Shown: positions 28,142-36,501 of the stretch, one piece after another | Numbering within the stretch: position 1 is the first letter of the stretch | Layout of the letters: every line of letters starts with the position of its first letter | IMG/VR virus record: IMGVR_UViG_2920580016_000003 | Location: 1-64,000 of that record | Direction: 5' to 3' (one strand) | Length of the DNA stretch: 64,000 bases | Source of the DNA: a virus | Taxonomy: Duplodnaviria > Caudoviricetes | Notes under the pieces: generated by a model | Database searches by the model: none | Told to the model about the DNA's origin: nothing | What the model saw: the letters and a program-made list of their open reading frames with translations, nothing else | Position numbers and translations under genes: made by a program

Positions 28142-28608
28142 GAAAGACCAGACCAGGCCAGGTCCCGAACGTACAGTGGCCCGAGCCCCGCAAGGCGGAT
28201 CCCGCGTCCTCCCAGATCGTCGAACCTGCCCCCGCCGGTGTGAAGGTCTTTCTTGTCACGCAGGGCGAGTACTCGGAGTACTCGGTTGTGGCAGTGTTCG
28301 AGGACGGCCGGACAGCGGAGCGGTTTGCGAGCAAGCTGCCTGACGGCGACGTGCGCGAGATGGAGCTTCTCAGCCGGGATCCACGAACAGTGGTTCGGTA
28401 CGGCGCAGGCATGGAACGGCGATGGAATCAAGGAACTCGCCAATGGGGCCCGTGGGGCAAGATCAAGACCTGGTCGTACGACGTCTGGGACTTCGAGACG
28501 GCCGCCCATACTCCCCAGGTGATCAAGCGGGAGAACTTCATCAGGGCCACTGACTGCGAAAGCCCAGATCAGGCGATTGCCCTGGTCGCTGGAGCGGAGG
28601 GATCGTGA
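28138..28608 (+). CDS. Hypothetical protein
   Basis: KVFLVTQGEYSEYSVVAVF motif common in phage small proteins. Confidence 0.65.
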   Translation: MRKTRPGQVPNVQWPEPRKADPASSQIVEPAPAGVKVFLVTQGEYSEYSVVAVFEDGRTAERFASKLPDGDVREMELLSRDPRTVVRYGAGMERRWNQGTRQWGPWGKIKTWSYDVWDFETAAHTPQVIKRENFIRATDCESPDQAIALVAGAEGS

Positions 28609-28778
28609 TCACAACGAGCGCGAGCGCGAACGCTGAGGATCAGAGGTCCGGCATGACGCTGGATGAGTTGGCGGCGTTCGTGCAGAACGCGCTCCGCCAC
28701 GAGATCCCCGGTGACACCCGGCTATACGTGCGGGTGAACTTGAAGGGCGGCATCAAGCGGATCGAGACGCGGCCATGA
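28605..28778 (+). CDS. 57-aa hypothetical protein
   Basis: GTGA/ATGA-coupled; GMTLDELAAFVQNA...V...GGIKRI. Confidence 0.55.
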   Translation: MITTSASANAEDQRSGMTLDELAAFVQNALRHEIPGDTRLYVRVNLKGGIKRIETRP

Positions 28779-29014
28779 GCAGCGGTCAGCCGGATTGGGA
28801 GGCGTTCGCCCGCACCATGGCCGCCGTCTCGAAAAGCCTCGAACACGCGAACCGGATCCTTGCCGGCCAGGCGGCGATGGGGTGGGCGTACCGAGGCGAC
28901 CTTGCCCAGTTGCGGTTGACGTTGGCGACGATGATGCCGGACCAACTCACGGAGTTGTCGATGGCTGCGACGATGTTGGCGAGCATGGCCGACGAGGAGA
29001 TGAGCAGCCGATGA
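28775..29014 (+). CDS. Hypothetical protein
   Basis: Coupled ORF. Confidence 0.55.
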   Translation: MSSGQPDWEAFARTMAAVSKSLEHANRILAGQAAMGWAYRGDLAQLRLTLATMMPDQLTELSMAATMLASMADEEMSSR

Positions 29015-29211
29015 CCTTTGAGGTGTTCAAGCCCTCACACCGACGACGAGGCACGGGGGTGCCGCCTGGACGTCACGCGGCCCGCGACCGAGAGATCCGA
29101 ACGGCATACGCGCAGGGCGAGAGCAGGACCGACCTCGCCGCCCGGTACGAGCTGAGCCACGCCCGTATCTGCCAGATCATCGCCGAAGATCAGGAGTCGA
29201 GTACCAGATGA
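29011..29211 (+). CDS. Small HTH protein
   Basis: RDREIRTAYAQGESRTDLAARYELSHARICQII. Confidence 0.75.
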   Translation: MTFEVFKPSHRRRGTGVPPGRHAARDREIRTAYAQGESRTDLAARYELSHARICQIIAEDQESSTR

Positions 29212-29444
29212 GAAACTCGATTACCGTGGCAGGCCACGAGGTCAAGGTCGATCAAGGCGATTACGAGACCTTCGACGGCGACGGCAACCCTGTCATCCGG
29301 GCGACCGGGCACAGCACGTGGTGGTGCTCGTGCGGGGAGAAGGGCGCTGGCCCGAACGAGGAGACGGCGCAGGCCGTCCACGATCATCTCGGCGTCGACG
29401 AGGACGGGGAGATGCGGGGCGGCAGTTCGCGCCGTGCGACATAG
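29208..29444 (+). CDS. Hypothetical protein
   Basis: WWCSCG...H motif; coupled. Confidence 0.55.
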   Translation: MRNSITVAGHEVKVDQGDYETFDGDGNPVIRATGHSTWWCSCGEKGAGPNEETAQAVHDHLGVDEDGEMRGGSSRRAT

Positions 29445-29500
29445 GCGCGACACTCCCGTGACTCAATGGGCGTTCAGATCGCCTACCGAAGGAGTCGGCC

Positions 29501-29692
29501 GTGGCCTACCACTTGCCGGAACTTAACGCGGCACAGATCGCCCTCGACGCCCTCGATCCCCTCGACCCAGCCGAGCGCCGCCGCGTGCTCACATGGTTGA
29601 TCGGCCGCTACAAGGTGGATGTGACCGACCTCGACCTCTCTATCGCAGTCGAGGCTGCGGACGCCGCTGGCCTACCTCCGGTCAGGGAGTAG
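29501..29692 (+). CDS. Hypothetical protein
   Basis: AAGGAG SD; ALDPLDPAERRRVLTWL. Confidence 0.6.
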   Translation: MAYHLPELNAAQIALDALDPLDPAERRRVLTWLIGRYKVDVTDLDLSIAVEAADAAGLPPVRE

Positions 29693-29712
29693 AGCCGAAA
29701 CCGACCTCGCTG

Positions 29713-29814
29713 GTCTCAGCGGATAACTGACATTATCCGCTGAGACGGCGTAGGATCTCAGTGGATAATGTCGCCTCCGGGGCACGGAAACCCGTGGCGA
29801 AACTCAGCGGATAA
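29713..29814. promoter_or_regulatory. Tyrosine-recombinase res-like site: 14-6-14 core plus two accessory half-sites
   Basis: GTCTCAGCGGATAA-ctgaca-TTATCCGCTGAGAC (29713-29746, perfect inverted repeat); CTCAGTGGATAA (29757-29768); CTCAGCGGATAA (29803-29814). Confidence 0.8.
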
Positions 29815-29826
29815 TAAGGAGACTCT

Positions 29827-30726
29827 GTGGGCGCCTCCGTCATCCCGCTCCACCCCACCCCCGACACCACGACAGCCAGCCGAGACGCGCTCGCCGCGCT
29901 GCACCGCCACCTCGACCGGTGCAAACTGTCGGCCAACACGGTGAAGGCGTACAAGCGGCAGTCGCGCGCCTACGTCGACTGGCTGGCCGGACCCGAGGCC
30001 GACCACGACGACGCCTTCGCCGATGTGGTCGGCGCCGAGGCCGCCGTCACCACGTGGCGGCGCCACCTCATCGCCTCGAAAGCCTCCGCCGCCTCCATCA
30101 ACCAGGCGCTCGCCGCCGTCACCCTCCTCTACGCCCAGACCGGCATCCGGATCGACGTCAAACGCGTCCGCATCCCGAAACCCGGCGAGCCCCCCGCACT
30201 CACCCGCGCCGAGCAGGGCCGGGTTGAGCGGGCCGCAGCCCGCCGCGGCGCCCGAGACCGGGCCATCATCACGACCATGCTGTACGCCGGCGCCCGCGTC
30301 GAAGAATGCGGACGCCTCGACTACGCCGACCTCACCCTCACCGCTCGGACCGGCAGCCTGCGCCTGCACGGCAAAGGCGACGAGGTCCGCACCGTCCCGC
30401 TGCCGCCGGTCGCCCGTGAGCATCTCGCCGCCTGGCTGGACGAGCGCGGCACCGCAGACGGTCCGTTGTGGACCGGGCAGCGTGGCCGCCTCACCGATTC
30501 CGGCATCACCCAAGTCGTGCTCGCCGTCGGCGAAGACGCCGGCATCCCGGGGCTGCGTCCGCATCGGCTGCGCCACACCTATGCGACCCGGCTGCGGGAG
30601 GGCGGCGCCGACCTCGCCCAGATCCAAGCCCTGATGGGGCACTCTTCGCTGGACACGACTGCCCGGTATTTTCGGGCGGGTGCCGCCGAGCGGGCCGCCG
30701 TCGTCGACCGCATCTTCGAGCAGTGA
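29827..30726 (+). CDS. XerC/D-like tyrosine recombinase (resolvase type)
   Basis: Catalytic R (YAGARVEE), K (HGKG), HxLRH (PHRLRHTYAT), H/Y (MGHSSLDTTARY); AAGGAG SD; 299 aa. Confidence 0.95.
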   Translation: MGASVIPLHPTPDTTTASRDALAALHRHLDRCKLSANTVKAYKRQSRAYVDWLAGPEADHDDAFADVVGAEAAVTTWRRHLIASKASAASINQALAAVTLLYAQTGIRIDVKRVRIPKPGEPPALTRAEQGRVERAAARRGARDRAIITTMLYAGARVEECGRLDYADLTLTARTGSLRLHGKGDEVRTVPLPPVAREHLAAWLDERGTADGPLWTGQRGRLTDSGITQVVLAVGEDAGIPGLRPHRLRHTYATRLREGGADLAQIQALMGHSSLDTTARYFRAGAAERAAVVDRIFEQ

Positions 30727-30739
30727 GGAGACAGTCCCG

Positions 30740-31033
30740 ATGCACCCCATGAACGACGCCCAGCGGATCGACCACCGCGTCAACGACGAGGTCCACGACT
30801 GCATCCGCCCTGGCTGTGGCAAGCGGGCCCAGACCGCGTTCATCGCCCGCGAGCATGGGCGCTTCGCGGGACGGGACATGAAGCCGGGCGACTGGATCGA
30901 TTTGTGTGCCGAGGACGCTGCTGACGTCTACAACGCGCAGAATCAGACCCGCGCCCAACTCCCCGACTGGTTGCGCGTGGACGCCAAGCCGGACCTGGAC
31001 GAGCTGCTGCGCGATCTGCATGAAGGGTTGTGA
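30740..31033 (+). CDS. Hypothetical protein
   Basis: GAGGAG SD; CIRPGC...C. Confidence 0.6.
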   Translation: MHPMNDAQRIDHRVNDEVHDCIRPGCGKRAQTAFIAREHGRFAGRDMKPGDWIDLCAEDAADVYNAQNQTRAQLPDWLRVDAKPDLDELLRDLHEGL

Positions 31034-31040
31034 TCGGCCG

Positions 31041-31400
31041 ATGGGTGACCAGGACATCCTCGACCAGATCGACGACGTCATCCACTGGGACGGGCACAGC
31101 GAAGACGCCATGGAGTGGACATCCGAGCCGCCCAACGCGCTCCAGCTGCCCGCGCCGCCGCGCATCGATTCCGAGGCGACGCAGCAGGCGTTGGAGCAGT
31201 TCGGCCGTCAGATGCAGGCGATCGTTGACGTATTCCGGCCCGTCGCCGAGCAGATGGCGCGCAACTTCGTCGAGATCGGCCGGGTGTTCGCCGTCATCGG
31301 GAACGCGCTGGAGATGAGCGAACCCTCCGAGGAGGAACGGTTACGGCGGCGGGCGATGAAATCGGAGTACGCCAGGCGCAGGAGAGGAAGGCGAGGGTGA
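31041..31400 (+). CDS. Hypothetical protein with Arg-rich C-terminus
   Basis: ORF in operon context. Confidence 0.6.
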   Translation: MGDQDILDQIDDVIHWDGHSEDAMEWTSEPPNALQLPAPPRIDSEATQQALEQFGRQMQAIVDVFRPVAEQMARNFVEIGRVFAVIGNALEMSEPSEEERLRRRAMKSEYARRRRGRRG

Positions 31401-31645
31401 GTAGCGTGAATGACTTGCCAAGTTGGGGCCATGTGATTGCCAGAACGGTCGTCTTTCTCGCGTTGGTGGCTGGAAGTCAGATCGTGGTGGTGTACCTGCT
31501 GACGGGCGAATGGTTCGGCAACCCGGATGATCACCCGTTGTGGGTGGGCCCGGTCTCGGGTGCGCTCGCGGTTGTGAACGCGGTGGGAACAGTCGTCGCC
31601 GGGCTCATGCTCTCCGAGTCGCAAAAGGAGATCGAGCGTGGATGA
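31397..31645 (+). CDS. Small membrane protein
   Basis: Two transmembrane segments; lower GC. Confidence 0.6.
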   Translation: MSSVNDLPSWGHVIARTVVFLALVAGSQIVVVYLLTGEWFGNPDDHPLWVGPVSGALAVVNAVGTVVAGLMLSESQKEIERG

Positions 31646-31672
31646 CCTGGTCGCTTTCCTGCGGGCGCGGCC

Positions 31673-31915
31673 GTGAGCGACTGGCTGACCGACCTCAAGT
31701 TCAGGACCCAGATGAACGGCGGCACACCGCTTGAGGTGGCATGCAACCCGGACGATGCCGACCGGGTCCGCGCGTCCGCCGAGCAGGCTGGTATCGCCGA
31801 TCTCATAGAGGTCGTGCCTACCTACATCGTCCCGCCCGGCTACGCGTACGTGCCGAACGAGCGGAACCTGTCCGAAAACTTCTACGAGGCGCTCCAGATC
31901 GAGCGATGGTTCTGA
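31673..31915 (+). CDS. Hypothetical protein
   Basis: ORF converging on the XRE gene. Confidence 0.55.
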   Translation: MSDWLTDLKFRTQMNGGTPLEVACNPDDADRVRASAEQAGIADLIEVVPTYIVPPGYAYVPNERNLSENFYEALQIERWF

Positions 31916-31918
31916 TCG

Positions 31919-32314
31919 TCAGGGCTGAGCGCCTTCGACATCGGCTCTGCGCAGCGCCTGCAACATGTAGATCAGCGCCAGTCGATGCTGCTCTGCGACG
32001 CCGGGCGTCTGCCAGATGTGCTGCGCAGCCGGATCCTTGAATCGGTGCGGCCCGGTCTCCTGATTGTTGTTGCCAGATGTGGACATGTCGCCCTTGAGGA
32101 GGCCGTCGATGGTGCCTGCCTCCCATTCGAGCGCGCGTTCCAGCTTTGCTTTGATGAGATCGCTCAGCGGGGATTGCTGGGTACGGATACGCCGGAGATG
32201 AGATGTTGAGATGCCTGCACGTGTCGCGACTTTCTCCCACGGGAGATGAAGCGTGGCCCGCCGCTTGTCGATCTCGGAGATGAGTCGGCGTACGAGGTGG
32301 CTGTCGATGCTCAT
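31919..32314 (-). CDS. Second XRE-family regulator, paralog of the immunity repressor
   Basis: WEKVATRAGISTSHLRRIR HTH; C-terminal DPAAQHIWQTPG matches repressor DPQERHIWAIPG. Confidence 0.8.
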   Translation of the reverse strand: MSIDSHLVRRLISEIDKRRATLHLPWEKVATRAGISTSHLRRIRTQQSPLSDLIKAKLERALEWEAGTIDGLLKGDMSTSGNNNQETGPHRFKDPAAQHIWQTPGVAEQHRLALIYMLQALRRADVEGAQP

Positions 32315-32457
32315 GCGGGAAGTCTCGGCGTACTGCTGATTGTCTGCAACTGCTCGCTTATGGGCGACCGCATGAGCGACGAGATGACCGCGACTCCGCT
32401 GATAGCGGCTCTCACAGATTCGCCGCTTTCTGTAGTCGGCTGGTATCTATGTGTGCC

Positions 32458-32601
32458 ATGTCTGAGATCGAGCGTCTGCCGTGCGACCTGTTTCCGGTCG
32501 CCGACGGCGTGCTCGTCGTGCCGTACACCCTCCCGTTCCTGGTGCCCGACAAGGCGCTGCCGTTGACCGTCGCAGAATGGTTGGGCGTGACGCCGGGTTG
32601 A
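32458..32601 (+). CDS. 47-aa ORF divergent from the second XRE gene
   Basis: MSEIERLPCDLFPVADGVLVVPYTLPFLVPDKALPLTVAEWLGVTPG. Confidence 0.4.
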   Translation: MSEIERLPCDLFPVADGVLVVPYTLPFLVPDKALPLTVAEWLGVTPG

Positions 32602-32948
32602 ACGCGGTCAGGACCTTGTGTAACACTTCCTGCAGTCACGACACCTATGCCCTCACGCCCAGGCGCGGGGGCTTCGCGCATTTCCGGGGGTGCACCATCG
32701 ACCCCGAGCCCGTCACCGCCACCACCGCCGCGAAACGCCTCCGCCGGAAGCCGGTCACGATCCGGCAGTGGGCGCGCCGATACGCCGCCCGCCAGCTCGG
32801 CACGATCGACCGGGCCGTCTACTACGACTGGGACGATCTCGCCACGATCGACGGGTGCATGGCGCGCGGCGAGGACGTCCCGGCGACACCGGAGGGACGT
32901 GACCGGCTGCGGGCCGAACTCCGCGCACGCTGGCGGAACGCCGCCTAG
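32598..32948 (+). CDS. MerR-like HTH protein (start uncertain)
   Basis: VTATTAAKRLRRKPVTIRQWARRY...YYDWDDL. Confidence 0.65.
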   Translation: MNAVRTLCNTSCSHDTYALTPRRGGFAHFRGCTIDPEPVTATTAAKRLRRKPVTIRQWARRYAARQLGTIDRAVYYDWDDLATIDGCMARGEDVPATPEGRDRLRAELRARWRNAA

Positions 32949-33247
32949 TTCTCGTCGACCAGCCGGATCGCGGCGGGACTGTACCGGAACCAGCCCATGT
33001 ACCGGCGGTACGGGGTGGCGCTCCACTCGATGTGGCAGTCGAGCCCGGCACGGCCTTGATGCCAGCAGTCGAGGACGCCAGGATGCCACTGGCCGTCATC
33101 GCACAGCACGTCGACGACTTTGCGCGGGTGGACGCTGCTCTGCGGGCCGGCGTCGTCGAGCGTGGCCTGCCGCAGCATGGGGCGCGGGTCTTGATGCCAC
33201 TCCGCGCACGTTCCGGGAACGATCACCATCCCGCCATTCTCGTACAC
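32945..33247 (-). CDS. Hypothetical protein
   Basis: V.VLCDDGQWHPGVLDCW...C.IEW SH3-like pattern; isolated antisense gene. Confidence 0.55.
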   Translation of the reverse strand: MYENGGMVIVPGTCAEWHQDPRPMLRQATLDDAGPQSSVHPRKVVDVLCDDGQWHPGVLDCWHQGRAGLDCHIEWSATPYRRYMGWFRYSPAAIRLVDEN

Positions 33248-33279
33248 CCGTTCGATGCTCGGCTAGGCGGGGGTGGATC

Positions 33280-33789
33280 GTGGCCACCGTCCGCCAATAC
33301 CTCGCACCCGAAGAGGCCGTGTTCGGGCCGTCCGCATTCCCGCAGTACGTCCGCAACTACGGGTCGCAGTTCACCGTGTCGGGGCTCGCCTACGATGCCT
33401 CGGCGAGCGAGGTCGCCTACTGGAAATTCGCCACCTTCGGCTACGGCTCCGGCAACATCACCTGCGACGTGATCTGGTACGCCGACACCTCCACCACGGC
33501 GTCAGACGGGGTGACCTGGCAGGTGGCGATCGCCGCCATCACACCCGGCGTCGACACCCAGAACGTCGAAACAAAGGCGCTCGCCGCCAACCAGCAGGCC
33601 AGCACCGACCTCGGCGGCACCAGCCCACAGAAGCTGATGAAAACCACGGTCACGATCACCAACCTCGACTCGGTCGCCGCCGACGACGAAGTGTGGATCA
33701 AAGTCACCCGGCTCGTCTCCGACGCAGGCGACGATCTGACCGGCGACGCCATCCTCACCTCGGTCCGGCTCTCCTACAGCGACACGTAG
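33280..33789 (+). CDS. Putative virion structural beta-sandwich protein
   Basis: Thr/Ser/Val-rich beta pattern; GTG start after a GGGGGTG SD. Confidence 0.7.
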   Translation: MATVRQYLAPEEAVFGPSAFPQYVRNYGSQFTVSGLAYDASASEVAYWKFATFGYGSGNITCDVIWYADTSTTASDGVTWQVAIAAITPGVDTQNVETKALAANQQASTDLGGTSPQKLMKTTVTITNLDSVAADDEVWIKVTRLVSDAGDDLTGDAILTSVRLSYSDT

Positions 33790-33800
33790 GAGGCTCCCCG

Positions 33801-34856
33801 GTGGCTGTCCGTTTCGACGCCGACGGCGAGTCCTACACCAGGTCAACCGGCCTCGGCACAGTCACAAACTGGAGCGTCGCCTGCTGGGCGAAACTCGCCG
33901 TAGACCGGGCCGCGACCACCGTCGTCTGGCAGATCGACGACGGCGCCGGCGCCACCTATCTCCGCGTCAACGCATGGAACGGCACCGCCCTAACCTTCCA
34001 GACCAGCGGCAACAGCTGGTTCGGGCTCGCCGGCCACACCCTGGTCATCGACGAGTGGACGTTCATCGGCCTGTCATCGACCGCGAACCCCGGCCAAGCC
34101 CGCGTCCGCATCCGCACCGCCAGTTCCTCCACGTTCGTCGGCGGCTCTCCGACCCAGGCCAACGTCACCATCTCCGCCGCCACCCTGCGCATCGGCGACG
34201 GGCAGGGAGCGTCCGAGTGGCTCAACGGCAGCATCGCGGCGGTCAAAGCCTGGGATGCCGCGTTGACCATGGACGAGCTCGAGCTGGAGTCCTGGCAATA
34301 CCTGCCGCAACGCACCGCGAACCTGCGCGCCTGGTATCCGTTCGTCCGGGTCGAAGGCACGGACCTCAGCGGCAACAGCCAGACGCTCAGCGGCGGCACC
34401 GGTGCGGCCCTCGACGACGGGCCGCCGATCTCGTGGTCGACCGGCCGGCACCGCACCGGCGTCCGCGTCCTCGACACGGTGACGGGCAGCCTGGCCGGAA
34501 CCCTCCCGACAGCCACCGCCTCCAGCGCGGGCACGGTAACCGTCTCAGGGACGCTCACCGCCCTCGCCCCGGCCGCGACAGCGGACCTGACCGGAAACCT
34601 CAACACGAACCATCTCGCCGGTGTCCTGCCCGCGGCGACCGCATCCATGGCCGCCACAGTGGAAGTGTCCGGCAGCGCGGCCTCGACCATTCCCGCCGCG
34701 GCGGGAGCGTTCGCGGGCGAGGTGGAGATCCCCGCCAACGACATCACCGTCACCCCCGGACCCCTGGCCCGCGGCTGGCAGTCGACGCCCCCCGACCGCT
34801 CGTGGAAGTCCGGAACGGCTGGCCGCGGCTGGAAGACGGGCACGCCCACCACCTGA
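33801..34856 (+). CDS. LamG/ConA-like lectin domain fibre protein
   Basis: WSVACWAK, DEWTFIGL, LRIG, NGSIAAVKAWDAALT; C-terminal ~20-aa Ala/Thr repeats. Confidence 0.8.
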   Translation: MAVRFDADGESYTRSTGLGTVTNWSVACWAKLAVDRAATTVVWQIDDGAGATYLRVNAWNGTALTFQTSGNSWFGLAGHTLVIDEWTFIGLSSTANPGQARVRIRTASSSTFVGGSPTQANVTISAATLRIGDGQGASEWLNGSIAAVKAWDAALTMDELELESWQYLPQRTANLRAWYPFVRVEGTDLSGNSQTLSGGTGAALDDGPPISWSTGRHRTGVRVLDTVTGSLAGTLPTATASSAGTVTVSGTLTALAPAATADLTGNLNTNHLAGVLPAATASMAATVEVSGSAASTIPAAAGAFAGEVEIPANDITVTPGPLARGWQSTPPDRSWKSGTAGRGWKTGTPTT

Positions 34857-34872
34857 CCGGGAGGTGCCGCGG

Positions 34873-35160
34873 TTGCTCACCATTCCCAGCCTGTCGACCG
34901 AGTACGTGAAGGTCCCGATCGTGGACGGCCCGGCGAATCTGACCTCGTTGACGGTGCAGATGGCGATCGTCGCGCAAGGTCAGGACCCGGTGTCCGGCGA
35001 CTGGAAGTCAGCGTCCTGGGTTGGCACGTCCGCCGCTGTGTTGATCGGCCCGGCGACCGCGCTGCCGCTCGTCAAGGGGACGACGTACGGCGTCTGGGTG
35101 AAAATCACGTCCAGCCCCGAAATCCCGGTGCTCGGCCCGTTCGACCTCCACATCTCCTGA
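34873..35160 (+). CDS. BppU-like small adaptor protein (copy A)
   Basis: STEYVKV...TVQMAIV...P..GDWKSASW...VLIG...L..G.YGVWVKIT..PEIP. Confidence 0.7.
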   Translation: MLTIPSLSTEYVKVPIVDGPANLTSLTVQMAIVAQGQDPVSGDWKSASWVGTSAAVLIGPATALPLVKGTTYGVWVKITSSPEIPVLGPFDLHIS

Positions 35161-35175
35161 AGGGCGAGGTGAACG

Positions 35176-35583
35176 ATGGCCTTCCGGATCCCCACCGCGG
35201 TCCGCAACGCGGCCTGTGACGCGATCGTTGACGCGCTCGACGCCGGCGCGGGCGCGGCCACGATCGAAGTCCGGTCGGGCAGCCAGCCCGCGTCGGCGAA
35301 CGACGCCGCTGGCGGCACCGTGCTCGCCACCTTCACCCTCGCTGACCCTGCCTTCGGCGCAGCGGCCAACGGCGTCGCGAACCTGGCCAGCACGCCCCGC
35401 TCGACCACGGGCAGCGCCGCAGGTACGGCCGGCTGGTTCCGCGCTAAAGACAGCTCGGGCAACACCGTGTTCGACGGCAGCGTCGGCACGTCGGGCGCCG
35501 ACATGAACCTGAACACGCTCACGATCAGCGTCGGCGTGACGGTCGAGTTGACCAGCGGCACCGTCACCATGCCCGCGGGCTGA
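35176..35583 (+). CDS. Fibre/decoration-type structural protein
   Basis: RNAACDAIVDALDAG...GTVLATFTL.DPAFGAA...GTAGWFR...FDGSVG...D. Confidence 0.75.
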   Translation: MAFRIPTAVRNAACDAIVDALDAGAGAATIEVRSGSQPASANDAAGGTVLATFTLADPAFGAAANGVANLASTPRSTTGSAAGTAGWFRAKDSSGNTVFDGSVGTSGADMNLNTLTISVGVTVELTSGTVTMPAG

Positions 35584-35584
35584 C

Positions 35585-35797
35585 GTGGCCGATCAGCACC
35601 AGCAGGCACGCTGGTGGCCGCGCCTCCATCTCGCCCTGACCTTCGTCTGGATCGCGTTGATTCCGCCGACCTTGCTGTGGTGGCGGGACAGCGTCACATG
35701 GGTCGCCCTGATGAGCCTGTGGGCGAACATCGCCTCGCATTTCGCCGCCTGGCAAGCCGCCCGCACCGAGCGCCGGCTTGACCACGACAACCCGTAA
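35585..35797 (+). CDS. Small two-TM membrane protein
   Basis: WWRDSVTWVALMSLWANIASHFAAWQA. Confidence 0.7.
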   Translation: MADQHQQARWWPRLHLALTFVWIALIPPTLLWWRDSVTWVALMSLWANIASHFAAWQAARTERRLDHDNP

Positions 35798-35833
35798 CGC
35801 CCGCTCGCCGAGCTCCGCATCGGAGGAACTGTC

Positions 35834-36487
35834 ATGCCGTTCAACGACCTCGGCAAGAATTCGTCCCTGAAGTCGGGCACGGGCGGCGGCGTCGCCAACA
35901 TCATCACCCATGTCGGCGTTCACACGTTGACAGATCCCGGCACCGGGACGAACGCGAACGCCGGGGAAGCCACCGGCGGCTCACCGGCCTACGCGCGGCA
36001 GGCTGTCACGTTCGGCACCCCGTCCGGCGGCCAAGTCTCCAACACCGGCGCGCTTACGTTCGACGTACCCAGCGGCACCTACGGGTTTCTGACCTTCTGG
36101 AACGCGAGCACGGGCAACACGAACAACTTCCTGGGGTATGCGCCGATCAACGGCACGGTTAAAGGTTTCGGCACCGTCGACACGGCTGGGGTGACGGCGG
36201 ACGCGATCCAGTCCGCAGGGCACGGGCTTGTAGACGGCGACCGGGTGATGGTCTACAACGTGTTCGCCGAGTCGCTCCCGGCCGGGTTGACCGAGGGCAC
36301 GATCTACTTCGTGGTGAGCAGCGCGACGGACACGTTTGAGGTGTCGCTGACCAGCGGCGGCGCGTCGGTGAACATCACCGGCTCGGGAGAGCTGTACTTC
36401 CAGAAGGTGATCCCCGAGACGTTCGGGTCGCAAGGCCAGATCACGGTCGCGGTCGGCGCGCTCACCCTCGACGCCACCGGCATCTAG
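35834..36487 (+). CDS. Fibre-type structural protein with inserted FCCH-like domain
   Basis: YARQAVTFGTPSGGQVSN...FDVP; GHGLVDGDRV...LPAGLTEGTIYFVV...DTFEVS. Confidence 0.75.
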   Translation: MPFNDLGKNSSLKSGTGGGVANIITHVGVHTLTDPGTGTNANAGEATGGSPAYARQAVTFGTPSGGQVSNTGALTFDVPSGTYGFLTFWNASTGNTNNFLGYAPINGTVKGFGTVDTAGVTADAIQSAGHGLVDGDRVMVYNVFAESLPAGLTEGTIYFVVSSATDTFEVSLTSGGASVNITGSGELYFQKVIPETFGSQGQITVAVGALTLDATGI

Positions 36488-36501
36488 CGTCCCGCACGGC
36501 G

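Noticed and set aside
29827-30726. Tyrosine recombinase as the prophage integrase
   Set aside because: Short, with no arm-binding N-terminal domain; mid-genome with phage genes on both sides; preceded by a res-like site rather than a host junction
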